Shown: piece by piece, positions 1 through 10,100 of the stretch
How the letters are laid out: each line of letters begins with the position of its first letter
How positions within the stretch are numbered: position 1 is the first letter of the stretch
From: a virus
DNA: 64,000 nt
IMG/VR virus record: IMGVR_UViG_3300030060_007200
Direction: 5' to 3' (one strand)
Notes under the pieces: generated by a model
What the model saw: only the letters and a program-made list of their open reading frames with translations
Databases searched by the model: none
What the model was told of the DNA's origin: nothing
Program-made: the position numbers and the translations under genes

Positions 1-1824
1 CTCTTCTTTTTTAGAATACTTTTTTTGTATCTTTATTTTTGTATCATTTAATTGTGCGTATACAGATTCGTATTCTAGCAAATTATCCTCTTCATCTATT
101 AGCTGTTGAGAATAATCTGTTTTTCCAAAATTCTTAAGAAGTATTTGTACCTCTTTAATCTCTTCGTTTGCAAGTTGATATAGCTCTTCAAATACTGTAA
201 TATCTAGAAATTGAGATAGTAAATCCTTTTTCTCTACCTGAGACTGGTCTATAAAACCTGTATTGTTATTTTGTACTGACATTGATGTTAAAACAAAGTC
301 ATTATATAATCCAAGATAGCCTCTTATATTTTTGTCTGTTTGAGTTCTTTGCTCGCCATTAAGTGATATTGGATTATCGTCCTCACCTATCATCCAAAAA
401 TCTACATCTACACGAACATGACCAGACTTCTCTTTTTTACCTCTACGTTCAATAAAATAATCTACACCGTCTATTTCAAAATTAAGTTTTGAATAAAAAT
501 TAGATTTCTTATTATTTAATACATCTGATGCAGATTTTGTTCTAGAGCATTTGTGAAATACATTAAACATTATAGCATCGAGTATTGCAGATTTACCTGC
601 GTGGTTAGGTGCAAATATACCTATAACATCTCTAAGTTTTGAAAAGTCTATTACGTTATCTTCTCCATAACTAAACATATTTGAGAACTCGAATTTTTTA
701 GGCAGCCACCTAACACCTCTAGAAACTTCTATTGTAGAAAGACTTTTATTTAATTCAGTGTTTATGTTTTTTATACGTCTTATTGTTTCATCGTCGGCAG
801 GATGGTTTGCACCTATATATTCTTCTAATAATTCATTTTGATATTGTACATCTCTAATATCTCTTGTTATTGACCTTGTTGTTTTATTTTGAGCATTTAG
901 CTTATCGTTTTTTATTATTACAATATCAGTTGTTCTACATTTACTTTTTATTTCTTTTATTATAGTTTTTAATTGTGCCTGAGTTGTATTTTCTGTTCTT
1001 ATTCTAACTCTAGGATATTTTGGTATATTGTCTATATTAGGCAGCTTTCCATTTTTTACATCTATTGTATAAAATCCATGTACGTTTTCAAAGTCTACAA
1101 AATCTGCTTTTCTGGTATCAACATTCCAAATTGCACATCCGTGATTCTCAAAAGACTCACCAAAATTTTGTTGTATAAGAGAACCTACTTGTAATATAGT
1201 TTTATCTTTATTGTAAAACTGTCTTTTATGTATATCACCTAACATGACCATATCATATCCATCAAACATAGATATTTTAAGGTCGTCGCTTTCAACTTTA
1301 TACCCTGTATCTGTATATGACATATCAAGTGCTCCGTGAAAAAGTGCAACCTTTGTTTCAGCATCGAATGAACTTGCCTTGATAAATGTTTGAGGGTCGT
1401 CAAATATACTAAACACAACAAAGTGAGTGCCTGCTATTTCGTGTACAGCAGAATCCTTAAGATAGTGTAATTGTGGATGCGCTAAAGATTCTATCATAGG
1501 AGACAAAGAGTCTAGTCTAGATGAGTTATTGAGATTCGCATCGTGATTTCCTGTAATTACAATAGTATGTCGCCTATCTGCTAAATTCTTAAGGAATTCT
1601 GTTGTAAGCTTTATTAGCTCAGGTGATATATCAGTTTTGCTATGTACAATATCACCTCCTACATATACTATCGAGTTTTTAGGCAGCCTATCTACCTGTT
1701 TATATAATTGCCTAAATACTTTTCTATATTCTTTATGTCGCTGATAATTTCTTATATGTATATCCGCAACGTGTAATACTTTTTCTAGCTTTTCAAACCC
1801 TACATCAATTTTATTAAAGTCCAA
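1..1824 (-). CDS. Mre11/SbcD metallophosphoesterase fused to Rad50/SbcC ATPase (gp47-gp46-like); runs off the window start
   Basis: Not in the ORF track; translated by hand from TTG at 1824. Motifs HVADIH, GGDIVH, ITGNHD, FHGA, GDIH and VGSLIQQNFGE, then Walker A GIFAPNHAGKS (about 590-625), a Q-loop (SMSVQ) and coiled coil, with no stop noticed. Confidence 0.9.
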   Translation of the reverse strand, partial: MDFNKIDVGFEKLEKVLHVADIHIRNYQRHKEYRKVFRQLYKQVDRLPKNSIVYVGGDIVHSKTDISPELIKLTTEFLKNLADRRHTIVITGNHDANLNNSSRLDSLSPMIESLAHPQLHYLKDSAVHEIAGTHFVVFSIFDDPQTFIKASSFDAETKVALFHGALDMSYTDTGYKVESDDLKISMFDGYDMVMLGDIHKRQFYNKDKTILQVGSLIQQNFGESFENHGCAIWNVDTRKADFVDFENVHGFYTIDVKNGKLPNIDNIPKYPRVRIRTENTTQAQLKTIIKEIKSKCRTTDIVIIKNDKLNAQNKTTRSITRDIRDVQYQNELLEEYIGANHPADDETIRRIKNINTELNKSLSTIEVSRGVRWLPKKFEFSNMFSYGEDNVIDFSKLRDVIGIFAPNHAGKSAILDAIMFNVFHKCSRTKSASDVLNNKKSNFYSKLNFEIDGVDYFIERRGKKEKSGHVRVDVDFWMIGEDDNPISLNGEQRTQTDKNIRGYLGLYNDFVLTSMSVQNNNTGFIDQSQVEKKDLLSQFLDITVFEELYQLANEEIKEVQILLKNFGKTDYSQQLIDEEDNLLEYESVYAQLNDTKIKIQKKYSKKEE

Positions 1825-2725
1825 ATTTCATCTCCAACAGCTTTGCAAAATCTACGGTTTTAGAATTAGATATTAAATCATTTATTTTTTTATGACCTAA
1901 TGTACTTGGGTCTTCACCGTCATTCATTTCTATTATTCTTACATCTATATTTTCTGATTGTAAATATTCACATAGTTTCACTGCTTCATTTTTTGCATCA
2001 TTATCTAAAACTATGTTTACTCTTTTTACATTTCTTTCTTTTATTTTCATTTTCAAAGATTTTGGCATAAACTTACCAAATATAGGAATTGAGTTTTCTC
2101 CTATAGCTATTGCATCAAAAACACCTTCGCAAATATTTATATCCTCATTCCAGTTTACCAAAAGCTCAAAACCTATTACGTCTTTAGAAGTTTTAGGATT
2201 TTTATGCTTAAAATCTGTATCGTAATAAGACCTTCCTACAAAATAATTTAGTATACCTCTATCATCATAACTAGGTATTATTACCATACCGCTATATTCT
2301 CCAGATTCACAATATCCTATATTATATCTTAACACATCTGTTTTTGTTATACCTCTTGACCTTAAATATTTTGCTGCATTTCTAAATTCAGGACTGTTTC
2401 TGTTTCCTGATATAAGAGGTATAAAACTCATAGGTAAAGAAACATGCTCCTCAACCTTTGATTTATCTGTATTGTGTCTAACGCCTGTTAATGTATTCAG
2501 CTCTTGTATTTTTCCTAATGCGCCAACCTTTCTAAATATACGTTCAGCACCTATACCTTTAATACCGCAAACCCAACAGTGCCATTTCTGAGTAATTATA
2601 TTTATTACTAATTTCTTTTTATGGTGATTGCAATAAGGACATGAAAACGTTGCCTCATTACCACTTGTCATGGATTTACCTAATACATTCTCAAACAAAT
2701 TGAGTAAACGTCTACTTTTATTCAT
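1814..2725 (-). CDS. DNA primase (zinc-binding domain + TOPRIM)
   Basis: CPYC..HCWVC zinc finger, YLRSRGI, YFVGR, ICEGVFDA and LDND motifs. Confidence 0.93.
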   Translation of the reverse strand: MNKSRRLLNLFENVLGKSMTSGNEATFSCPYCNHHKKKLVINIITQKWHCWVCGIKGIGAERIFRKVGALGKIQELNTLTGVRHNTDKSKVEEHVSLPMSFIPLISGNRNSPEFRNAAKYLRSRGITKTDVLRYNIGYCESGEYSGMVIIPSYDDRGILNYFVGRSYYDTDFKHKNPKTSKDVIGFELLVNWNEDINICEGVFDAIAIGENSIPIFGKFMPKSLKMKIKERNVKRVNIVLDNDAKNEAVKLCEYLQSENIDVRIIEMNDGEDPSTLGHKKINDLISNSKTVDFAKLLEMKFGL

Positions 2726-2726
2726 G

Positions 2727-2758
2727 TATATAATATAACAAATATTTGTGAATTATTA
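2727..2758 (-). promoter_or_regulatory. Early/middle-type promoter upstream of primase
   Basis: TTTAATAATTCACAAATATTTGTTATATTA matches the repeated promoter family (TC...TTTGTTATATTA). Confidence 0.55.
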
Positions 2759-3196
2759 AAACTTTATTTCGTTTATTTTTCTTTCTGTTTCGTCTGTAAA
2801 CTTGACTCTTGCAAACCGTCTTGGTCCTATACAGTCATTATAAAAATCATCTTTTACAGAAACATGATATCTATGGTGTATATTTTCTTCGAGATAATTA
2901 ACCTGGCCTTTTGTTTCTCCCATTATAAGTATTTCAAATTGAAAAGCCTTTTTTCCTAATTTTTTTATATCATTATTTAATACCTTAGAAGAACCAGTAT
3001 ATTCTCTCCAGTTAGAATCTTTTCTTACAACCTTGCGTCGTTTTTTACCAGCTACCTTTACACGCCTTGTTGTACCAAAGTATTTTCGGCCAATATATTT
3101 TTTACCTGACTTTATGTTGGTAATTAGATAAACAAAACCGAAATAATTATCTGGTGCTTCTTCTAGTATTTTTCCTTTATATAACCAATGACTCAT
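2756..3196 (-). CDS. GIY-YIG endonuclease (T4 EndoII/Seg-like)
   Basis: GFVYLITN..KKYIGRK, YTGSS, conserved E and FYN. Confidence 0.88.
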   Translation of the reverse strand: MSHWLYKGKILEEAPDNYFGFVYLITNIKSGKKYIGRKYFGTTRRVKVAGKKRRKVVRKDSNWREYTGSSKVLNNDIKKLGKKAFQFEILIMGETKGQVNYLEENIHHRYHVSVKDDFYNDCIGPRRFARVKFTDETERKINEIKF

Positions 3197-3199
3197 ATT

Positions 3200-5122
3200 T
3201 TATGTATCGAATCCTACAATAAAAGTTGTATCATAATCTAATGATTTTTTTATAGCTCGTGATAATTTACCTACAGCTAATAACCTAGCATTGTCGTCAT
3301 ACAAACCTATTGTTGTCACATAAGGTGACCAGGCAGAGCCTGTTGTAAATGGGTGTATTGTTCCTAGCTTTGGGTCATCGATTATTGTTGGATTCATTGT
3401 AAAACCGTATTCTCTTTCTTTTATATGACAAGCATATTCATGTTCTATTATTGTATGTGTATTTTTGAATGATAAAGTACATTCTGAAAATATATTATCT
3501 ACTGCAGTTGTATAGTTTGTTGACGGAGCTGTAAATGTTAATATTCCGTGATTGTAAAATACATTACCTACTTTATTTTCCATAGTTGGATATGTAGCTG
3601 TCCAACCAGCCTCTGCAGCTGTTATATTTTTACTAAACATCATTACATTGCTGACAGCACCTTTGAAGTGATTTGTAAATTCTGTTGCAGGTCTAAATTT
3701 TCTAGAATATCTTGTTCTTTTATCTCTAAATCTAAATTTTGTACCTGCATCTCTAGCTCTTGCTCCTACAATGATATCGCTGTCATTATATAGTGAGCCG
3801 GAAGGTATACTTCCGTGAGACTGTAATACACCATTAACATACAAATACGCAAAGCTTCCAGATTTTGTTAGCAGCACGCTATCAAATGCGTTACTCGTAC
3901 TAACAACTGTAGGACTATTAAGATATAGTGTATCAACACCATCGCTTATTGCAGCTTGATATGTACCTGCATTACCTATATTAGCACTACCTGAATTTTG
4001 TATTGCGTGTTTATTGACATATCTTATAGAAAAAGGAAACGAACCTTTTTTATGCGGGTCGTGTTTTGATATTATATGGTTGTGATGATATTGGTCTGTA
4101 AAATCTGCAGATTGAGATTCCTGAAAACGAGAAGAAGATACTCGTACATAAACTGCAAAATCATCAGCCTCAGTATTTCTTCTTGTTGGTCTTGTACGAA
4201 AATCAAATTGATGCCTATGTTTTATTCTCATCATACTTTGGTTTTCTATGTTTATTCGAGACTTAGTTGTTGCAGGTTTTATACCATCTAATTCAATAAA
4301 TGTTTGCTCAGCAACTGAGCTTGTTTGAGGTCTTATATTGTGAGCCTCTACACGATTTGGATATCTCGATCTTTCAAAAAATCTTGTTTTGTTTTTAAGG
4401 TTGAAATATTCCTTTCCATTATCTCTATAATAACTACTACTTGCTAATGCGTTTATACTATGAGCGCTTAATTTACTTCCAGCTTGGTTGTACATATCTA
4501 CAAAGTTAAGAGCTACCAAACTTGTTGTTACAAAACTTATTGATTCTGTAGGATTACCATAAAGCTGTACACTATTATCTATAAGATTTCCAAATCCATC
4601 ATCTGTTATTGTTGTACTACCTGACTGTATTTTTACAGAACCTTTTTTAATTGATTCGCCAAACATTTTTTGTGGTACTGATATTATCTTTGCAGATTTT
4701 CCAAGTGTTCTTATTTCTTTTTCATATCCACTATTATCTAATGTCCAACATGGGTCATCAGGATTTGTATAGTACATACCTTGTAACGAATCGTGTAAAG
4801 CTCTTTTGTAAAAGTGGTTTGTTGTTACTTCATGAGGAGAGGTTGTTAAAGCATTTAGATAAGAGCCGTATTCAGTAGGAGTAAAGTCACTTCCATCATA
4901 TTGTGTCTCATAAGAAAAAACACTTAATGAAACTATTCTTATATCTTGTGGTACATTAAAAGTAGAGCCTGTTATCCACGGGTCGAAAACTCTAAACTGC
5001 TCGTAACCTTTTTCAAAATAACTACCAGTATAATTTGTTAAACGTACTGTATATTCCTTGTTGGCCTCGAACGGAGTAATTTGTATTTCGTCCTTTCTAA
5101 ATTTCCTAAATATGCCGGACAT
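3200..5122 (-). CDS. Virion structural protein with LamG/ConA-like domain
   Basis: LamG-like YLYVNG...IIVGAR...FKGAVSNVMMF. C-terminal YVTTIGLYDDNARLLAVGKLSRA is shared with the next gene. Confidence 0.7.
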   Translation of the reverse strand: MSGIFRKFRKDEIQITPFEANKEYTVRLTNYTGSYFEKGYEQFRVFDPWITGSTFNVPQDIRIVSLSVFSYETQYDGSDFTPTEYGSYLNALTTSPHEVTTNHFYKRALHDSLQGMYYTNPDDPCWTLDNSGYEKEIRTLGKSAKIISVPQKMFGESIKKGSVKIQSGSTTITDDGFGNLIDNSVQLYGNPTESISFVTTSLVALNFVDMYNQAGSKLSAHSINALASSSYYRDNGKEYFNLKNKTRFFERSRYPNRVEAHNIRPQTSSVAEQTFIELDGIKPATTKSRINIENQSMMRIKHRHQFDFRTRPTRRNTEADDFAVYVRVSSSRFQESQSADFTDQYHHNHIISKHDPHKKGSFPFSIRYVNKHAIQNSGSANIGNAGTYQAAISDGVDTLYLNSPTVVSTSNAFDSVLLTKSGSFAYLYVNGVLQSHGSIPSGSLYNDSDIIVGARARDAGTKFRFRDKRTRYSRKFRPATEFTNHFKGAVSNVMMFSKNITAAEAGWTATYPTMENKVGNVFYNHGILTFTAPSTNYTTAVDNIFSECTLSFKNTHTIIEHEYACHIKEREYGFTMNPTIIDDPKLGTIHPFTTGSAWSPYVTTIGLYDDNARLLAVGKLSRAIKKSLDYDTTFIVGFDT

Positions 5123-5139
5123 ATTATACTCCTATTTTT

Positions 5140-6372
5140 TTAGAACTCAAGTTTAATTCGTATCAATGCTTCTCGTGTAAATGATTTCAATAGCGGTTTA
5201 CTTAATTTTGCTGTTGCCAATAATTCGTTATTGTCATTGTACATACCAACTGTTGTAATATAAACCTTAGGGTCTCTATACATTGATGGGTGTGCAAACT
5301 GTCCTTGTGAACCTGATGTAAATGTTGGATTATTACTAAAATTATATTCAGCGTTTTTAAGTCTACAGAAATAATGAGTTGCAAAAACTCTTTCAGAGCT
5401 ACGTGCTGCAAATGAACTAGATGTTTGTCCTTGTGGTATTAGTGAGTTAGAGCCTGTAAAGAATCCAACAACTCTATTTAATGTAGGGTTAACGTTTGTA
5501 CTACCTACGTTATTAGCATTACCAGGACACCAACAGTAATTTGTTTCTACTATATCCATTTGTAAAAGTCTAGGTGAAAGCATGATAACTCCCATATCTG
5601 GATAAAACCATCCATATTGAGTTGGGTTTGTTATTGATGCGCCTCCTGCATCTGTGATTCCTATAGAACCTGTTACTACTTTATATAGCTGTCCATAATC
5701 TCCAAGAGTTGCCAAGTTAGCTGCACTGTCATCTGTAAGTGTAATTTGAGAACCTACCGTTGGATTTGGTGAGTGACCTGCATGTATATAAGAACTAGAT
5801 ATTGTAAGCTCCCAATTACCTGGGTCAATTCTTTCCTTAAACCTTTGTCTGTTAACGTTAATAAAAATAGATGATGTTTCATTAACACTGTTTATTGTAA
5901 ATTGCTCATCACCTGGAGCTAAAAGTAAATTTGAATATTGAGAGTAAACAGCCTTCGTAGGTGTTTTACCAGATGAAGCATATTGACTAATAGGTGCCGA
6001 GCCTGAACCAAAATAATGTCCATAAGCAATTGCAAATTGAGGTTCTGCATCTGCAGTTACCTGTGGTTCGTCTCTATAAAATTCTTTGTAATATAATCCT
6101 GATGCTGCGTCTTGAACTGATGATGTGAATATTTCAGACTGTGACATCTTTAATTCACCATCATTGTTTGACCACATTGCTGCAGTAATAATATCAGCTT
6201 GTGCGTTTTCTACAATATCGCCAGGCTCAAATTGTGTATATAATGGTGTTATAGGTCTTCTATAAGGTCTAGATAATCTTCGATTACTTCGTCCTACTCG
6301 TGTAGAAAAGTTTCTTGATAATGCGCCTTCTCTTTCAAAACGCGGTGATGTGCCTCTATCGTATGTTGCCAT
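5140..6372 (-). CDS. Virion structural protein (baseplate/tail-fibre attachment type)
   Basis: C-terminal YITTVGMYNDNNELLATAKLSKP is paralogous to 3200..5122; baseplate gene context. Confidence 0.65.
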   Translation of the reverse strand: MATYDRGTSPRFEREGALSRNFSTRVGRSNRRLSRPYRRPITPLYTQFEPGDIVENAQADIITAAMWSNNDGELKMSQSEIFTSSVQDAASGLYYKEFYRDEPQVTADAEPQFAIAYGHYFGSGSAPISQYASSGKTPTKAVYSQYSNLLLAPGDEQFTINSVNETSSIFINVNRQRFKERIDPGNWELTISSSYIHAGHSPNPTVGSQITLTDDSAANLATLGDYGQLYKVVTGSIGITDAGGASITNPTQYGWFYPDMGVIMLSPRLLQMDIVETNYCWCPGNANNVGSTNVNPTLNRVVGFFTGSNSLIPQGQTSSSFAARSSERVFATHYFCRLKNAEYNFSNNPTFTSGSQGQFAHPSMYRDPKVYITTVGMYNDNNELLATAKLSKPLLKSFTREALIRIKLEF

Positions 6373-6384
6373 TTTTATTCCCTA

Positions 6385-7062
6385 TTATTTTTCAAAGTAA
6401 TAATCTTCTACTAAATTGGTAGCTGTAGCTTCCTTCTTAACAGTTACATTAAGCGTAACATATCCACCAGTTTCATTACCGATTATAGTAAGAGTTGTTG
6501 TTAAATCTGCTGTAGGTTGTGGTTTAGCAACTAACTCGAATCTTGTACCTACAGATGTTACAGAATTACCAGTATCTCCAATATAATCTGCAGTTGTAGG
6601 AGCCATTCGTGAAGCTATTTTTCCACCAGGTGCAACATTAAGATATGCAGCATCTGAATTAGCTAATATTGCTGTATATCCATAAGTTCTATTACCATTT
6701 GCAAAGTTTGCAGTGTTAGGCGTTACAGGTGCTTTATCTCCACCGTATGTTAACGTTATATCAGTAACACCAACAGTTACCTGTGGCATTCTTGAAATAT
6801 TTTTTGGTAATGTTACCAATTTGTGTTTCATTACGTAATTTTCGTTTGGTACAGCTTCTACTAACGGCATAGCCTCTATTGCTTGTCCATAATAATTTGT
6901 ACCTAGTTGATGATTAACATCCCATAAACCATAATCGATTTCGTCATCTGCTAGTGCAAATTGAGTGATATTAAAAAACTCACTTCCTTTTGCCAACAAT
7001 TCTCTACCCTTCTTTGTAAGAATTGCATCGACTGTGATTGTTGTTTTATCTAAATATCCCAT
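6385..7062 (-). CDS. Virion structural protein
   Basis: N-terminal DAILTKKGRELLA..ITQFALADDE resembles tail-collar/fibre-attachment N-termini; GGAG RBS and late motif upstream. Confidence 0.6.
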   Translation of the reverse strand: MGYLDKTTITVDAILTKKGRELLAKGSEFFNITQFALADDEIDYGLWDVNHQLGTNYYGQAIEAMPLVEAVPNENYVMKHKLVTLPKNISRMPQVTVGVTDITLTYGGDKAPVTPNTANFANGNRTYGYTAILANSDAAYLNVAPGGKIASRMAPTTADYIGDTGNSVTSVGTRFELVAKPQPTADLTTTLTIIGNETGGYVTLNVTVKKEATATNLVEDYYFEK

Positions 7063-7093
7063 AGTATTTTACTCCAAAATCTTTTTTATTATA

Positions 7094-7102
7094 TATAAAT
7101 AT
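7094..7102 (-). promoter_or_regulatory. Putative late promoter ATATTTATA
   Basis: The same 9-mer lies upstream of genes at 16859, 18763, 24793, 29080, 44825, 56996 and 57452. Confidence 0.6.
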
Positions 7103-7116
7103 ATAGTTCTCAGTTT

Positions 7117-10100
7117 TTATCTTATGCTACTATCAGCGTTTACTGCCTGTATCTGACTTTGTCCAGCAGCAGGTGTTGATATTACAAGTTGATTAGGATT
7201 TGTATCTGTAATTTCAACAACAGGACCTCCATCTATTGTATCTGTAACTGGCATGTTAAAGTCAGAACCTACAAGTTTACAACCTCCATATAACACATTA
7301 TTTTTTGCAAGTGAAATATAGTCTTGATGTTCAGCTCTTTTTAACGATCGGCTAACAGGTCTTATACCTGAACGATAAAATCCTTTTGAAAGTTCAGTTC
7401 CTGGATATCCACTCATACTAACTGATGAAAATTTACCACCTGTACTTCCACTATTACTCATGTTGTTTAACAATCCCATATAATGATATTCATAATCCCA
7501 ATATATTCTTGAAGCTCGTTGGTGATGGAAATATTTTATATTACCTCTATCATTCCATCTAGCTATTTTTACAGGACGTCGCACATGTCCATAAGCTGGG
7601 TGGTCGAATGCAAACTGCTTGTTCTTAAATGTGTCTGCCGAAAGTACCGATTGCGATGTATGTCTGTGCTGAAGATTGTCAAATCCAAAATACGTATCAG
7701 GTACAGTTTGTGCTGTAGTATCTGGTCCATAACCTATTGAAGCAGATAATGTACCATCAGATATATTAGATAAAAAGTCACCAGCATTTTCATAACTAGC
7801 TCCACCAATAACAACACTAGCGTTTGGATTATTATCCGGTAATGGCCCTCCGTTTGATGATGAGGGTACGTACCAAACCATGTTATCCCAATAATATCTT
7901 GAGCCATCTATATCTAAATCATGACCGTGGTGTTTTCTTGCATCTATATGCGCCTCGACCTCACCCGACGACTGGTCAGTTACAACAACACCATAACTAG
8001 AACCTGATTCAAGTGTTTGATATCCTGTGTGCGCTTGTATTGCCTTTGTTCCTGCTTGGTCTGAACCTGTTGACCATGCAAGATTTTTAGGGTTCTGCCA
8101 CTGGTGAAAAGGTCCACCTAGTGTTGTTGTATTTGCAGTAACTCTATATTTGCTTATATCAAGTGTACCTCCATAGTGGTTTTCCTCTACATATTCCTGT
8201 AAATTTTCAACCTTAGGTCTTTCCAATAAGTTTGCCTTAACCAAAAGTCCTACTTGAGCATTTGCTCTTGCAGGTATTAACATCTCTATCTGTCTAAATA
8301 ATGTATGGTCAATAAATTTAAGAATTCTTAAAAATTCAAAAAAGTTATATGGATTTGTGTGTTTTTTCCAATAAAAATTACGAAGTACTCTAAGTCTTTT
8401 ATATTCATCGTCTCTATAATCTAAAGGATTACCTACATAATTATGAAAATCAGCTCCACCTAATTCGTGAGCAATATCTAAATCTATTTCAAAGTGAGGT
8501 GCAAAATATACACCAAGTCTATTTGAGTCTAAAGGAGCTTTATCAAACTGGCTTCTTTCAACCTTCATTTTATCACTTAATCTACCTTGAAGCTTAGCAC
8601 TTTCTATTCTAACCTTGTCACTTATTTCTCTTGTTCTTACAAGGTCAGGCATTGCAGTATAATGTCTCTCTTCTTCGGTTGGCCAATCCTTGTTAACATC
8701 ACCATAAAACCTAGATGCGGTAGCATGTGTTTGATGATGAGGGAAAGAAGGCGTAAGACTTGAATATTGGTCGTATAATGTATTTACAGCCTGGTACTCA
8801 TCACCTGTGCTTGTCATATAGCGATGATTTACTTGAGGTGCTGATGATGGTAATACAACTCCATTTATCATACCTGCAGCGTGCCAGTTTGAAGATGTAA
8901 AGAAGTTAGCATTTGCTCTATTAAGGTCTAAACCTAAACTATGTCTTGCAGCTAATTGAGCGAACGACGATGTTGCAGAAACACCTTCTATAGAAAGCGG
9001 CGCTCTAACATGATTCCAAAATGGAGAAGGGTCACTACTTGTAGCATTATGATTGACGTGGTTAGGGTTCCAATAATTAAAGTGATATTGATGAGGTGGT
9101 ACATACCAAAATCTTATTTCTTGTAAAGAACCTGTATAACCTTGAGTAGGATTTCCAAGCGAGCTATTTAACTGGCCTGAACCCCATTGTATTTTTGTTA
9201 TAGCATCGTAAGACTCTTCATTAGAAACTGACAAGCTAAACGAACCTGTATGTGTTATTCTCGAATCTGAATGGTCGGGTGACTTTGCAACTGTTAATTC
9301 AAATATCTGTGCACCGGCTTGAAAGTTTGCCTTGTCTTTATTTCTACAAATCATTACTGTCCACCAATCATTATCATATAAAGGTAGATGTTCAGTACTT
9401 GCTGTTACATTTGTATTTGTAAATACATTGTTATTTATATCAACATATTCTAATCTTCCATATTTGTAATATGCTGATTTTGGATTTGTTGCTGATGGAT
9501 GAGGTATAATTCTAAGATTTGTTCTAGGGTTGACAGCACCGCTTTCATCATATCCTACAAATATAGATTGAGATACAGGGTGCCAGGTGTTGAACCTAAA
9601 TTCAATTGCATCAGCTGCTCTATCACCAGCACTAACTGTTTGGTATGGATGTACAGCCAATCTTGGCATTGGTGTTTCTAATATTGTTTGGTTATCCTTT
9701 CCAAATTCTAGTGAATAAGAAAACTTATCATATTTAACATAAGAATCTGTTTTCTTGGCTTTTTGCGGACCTCCATACTCAAATATTCTTAAAAGCGTTG
9801 GAGGCAAACCGTATGTTGTTGTTAGTGCACGTATACCTCTTTCACCACCTTTTGTTTTCATAAGATATGGAAGGTTGTTAAGCATTCTCTTCCAAGTCTC
9901 TCTAGATAAATCCTCGCGATTATTTAATTTTTTAGTTTGGTCTAAAGATGCGGTTATGTATTTAACAGAACCTGAGCGTACTACGTGCGCACCAGAACCT
10001 GATATATGTACGGCAAATGACTGGCTTGAATTTGCGTATGTGCCATCTTCATTTTGACCAAGCGCGTATTCCCAAAGGTCTGTAAAATGAAAACCTTGAT

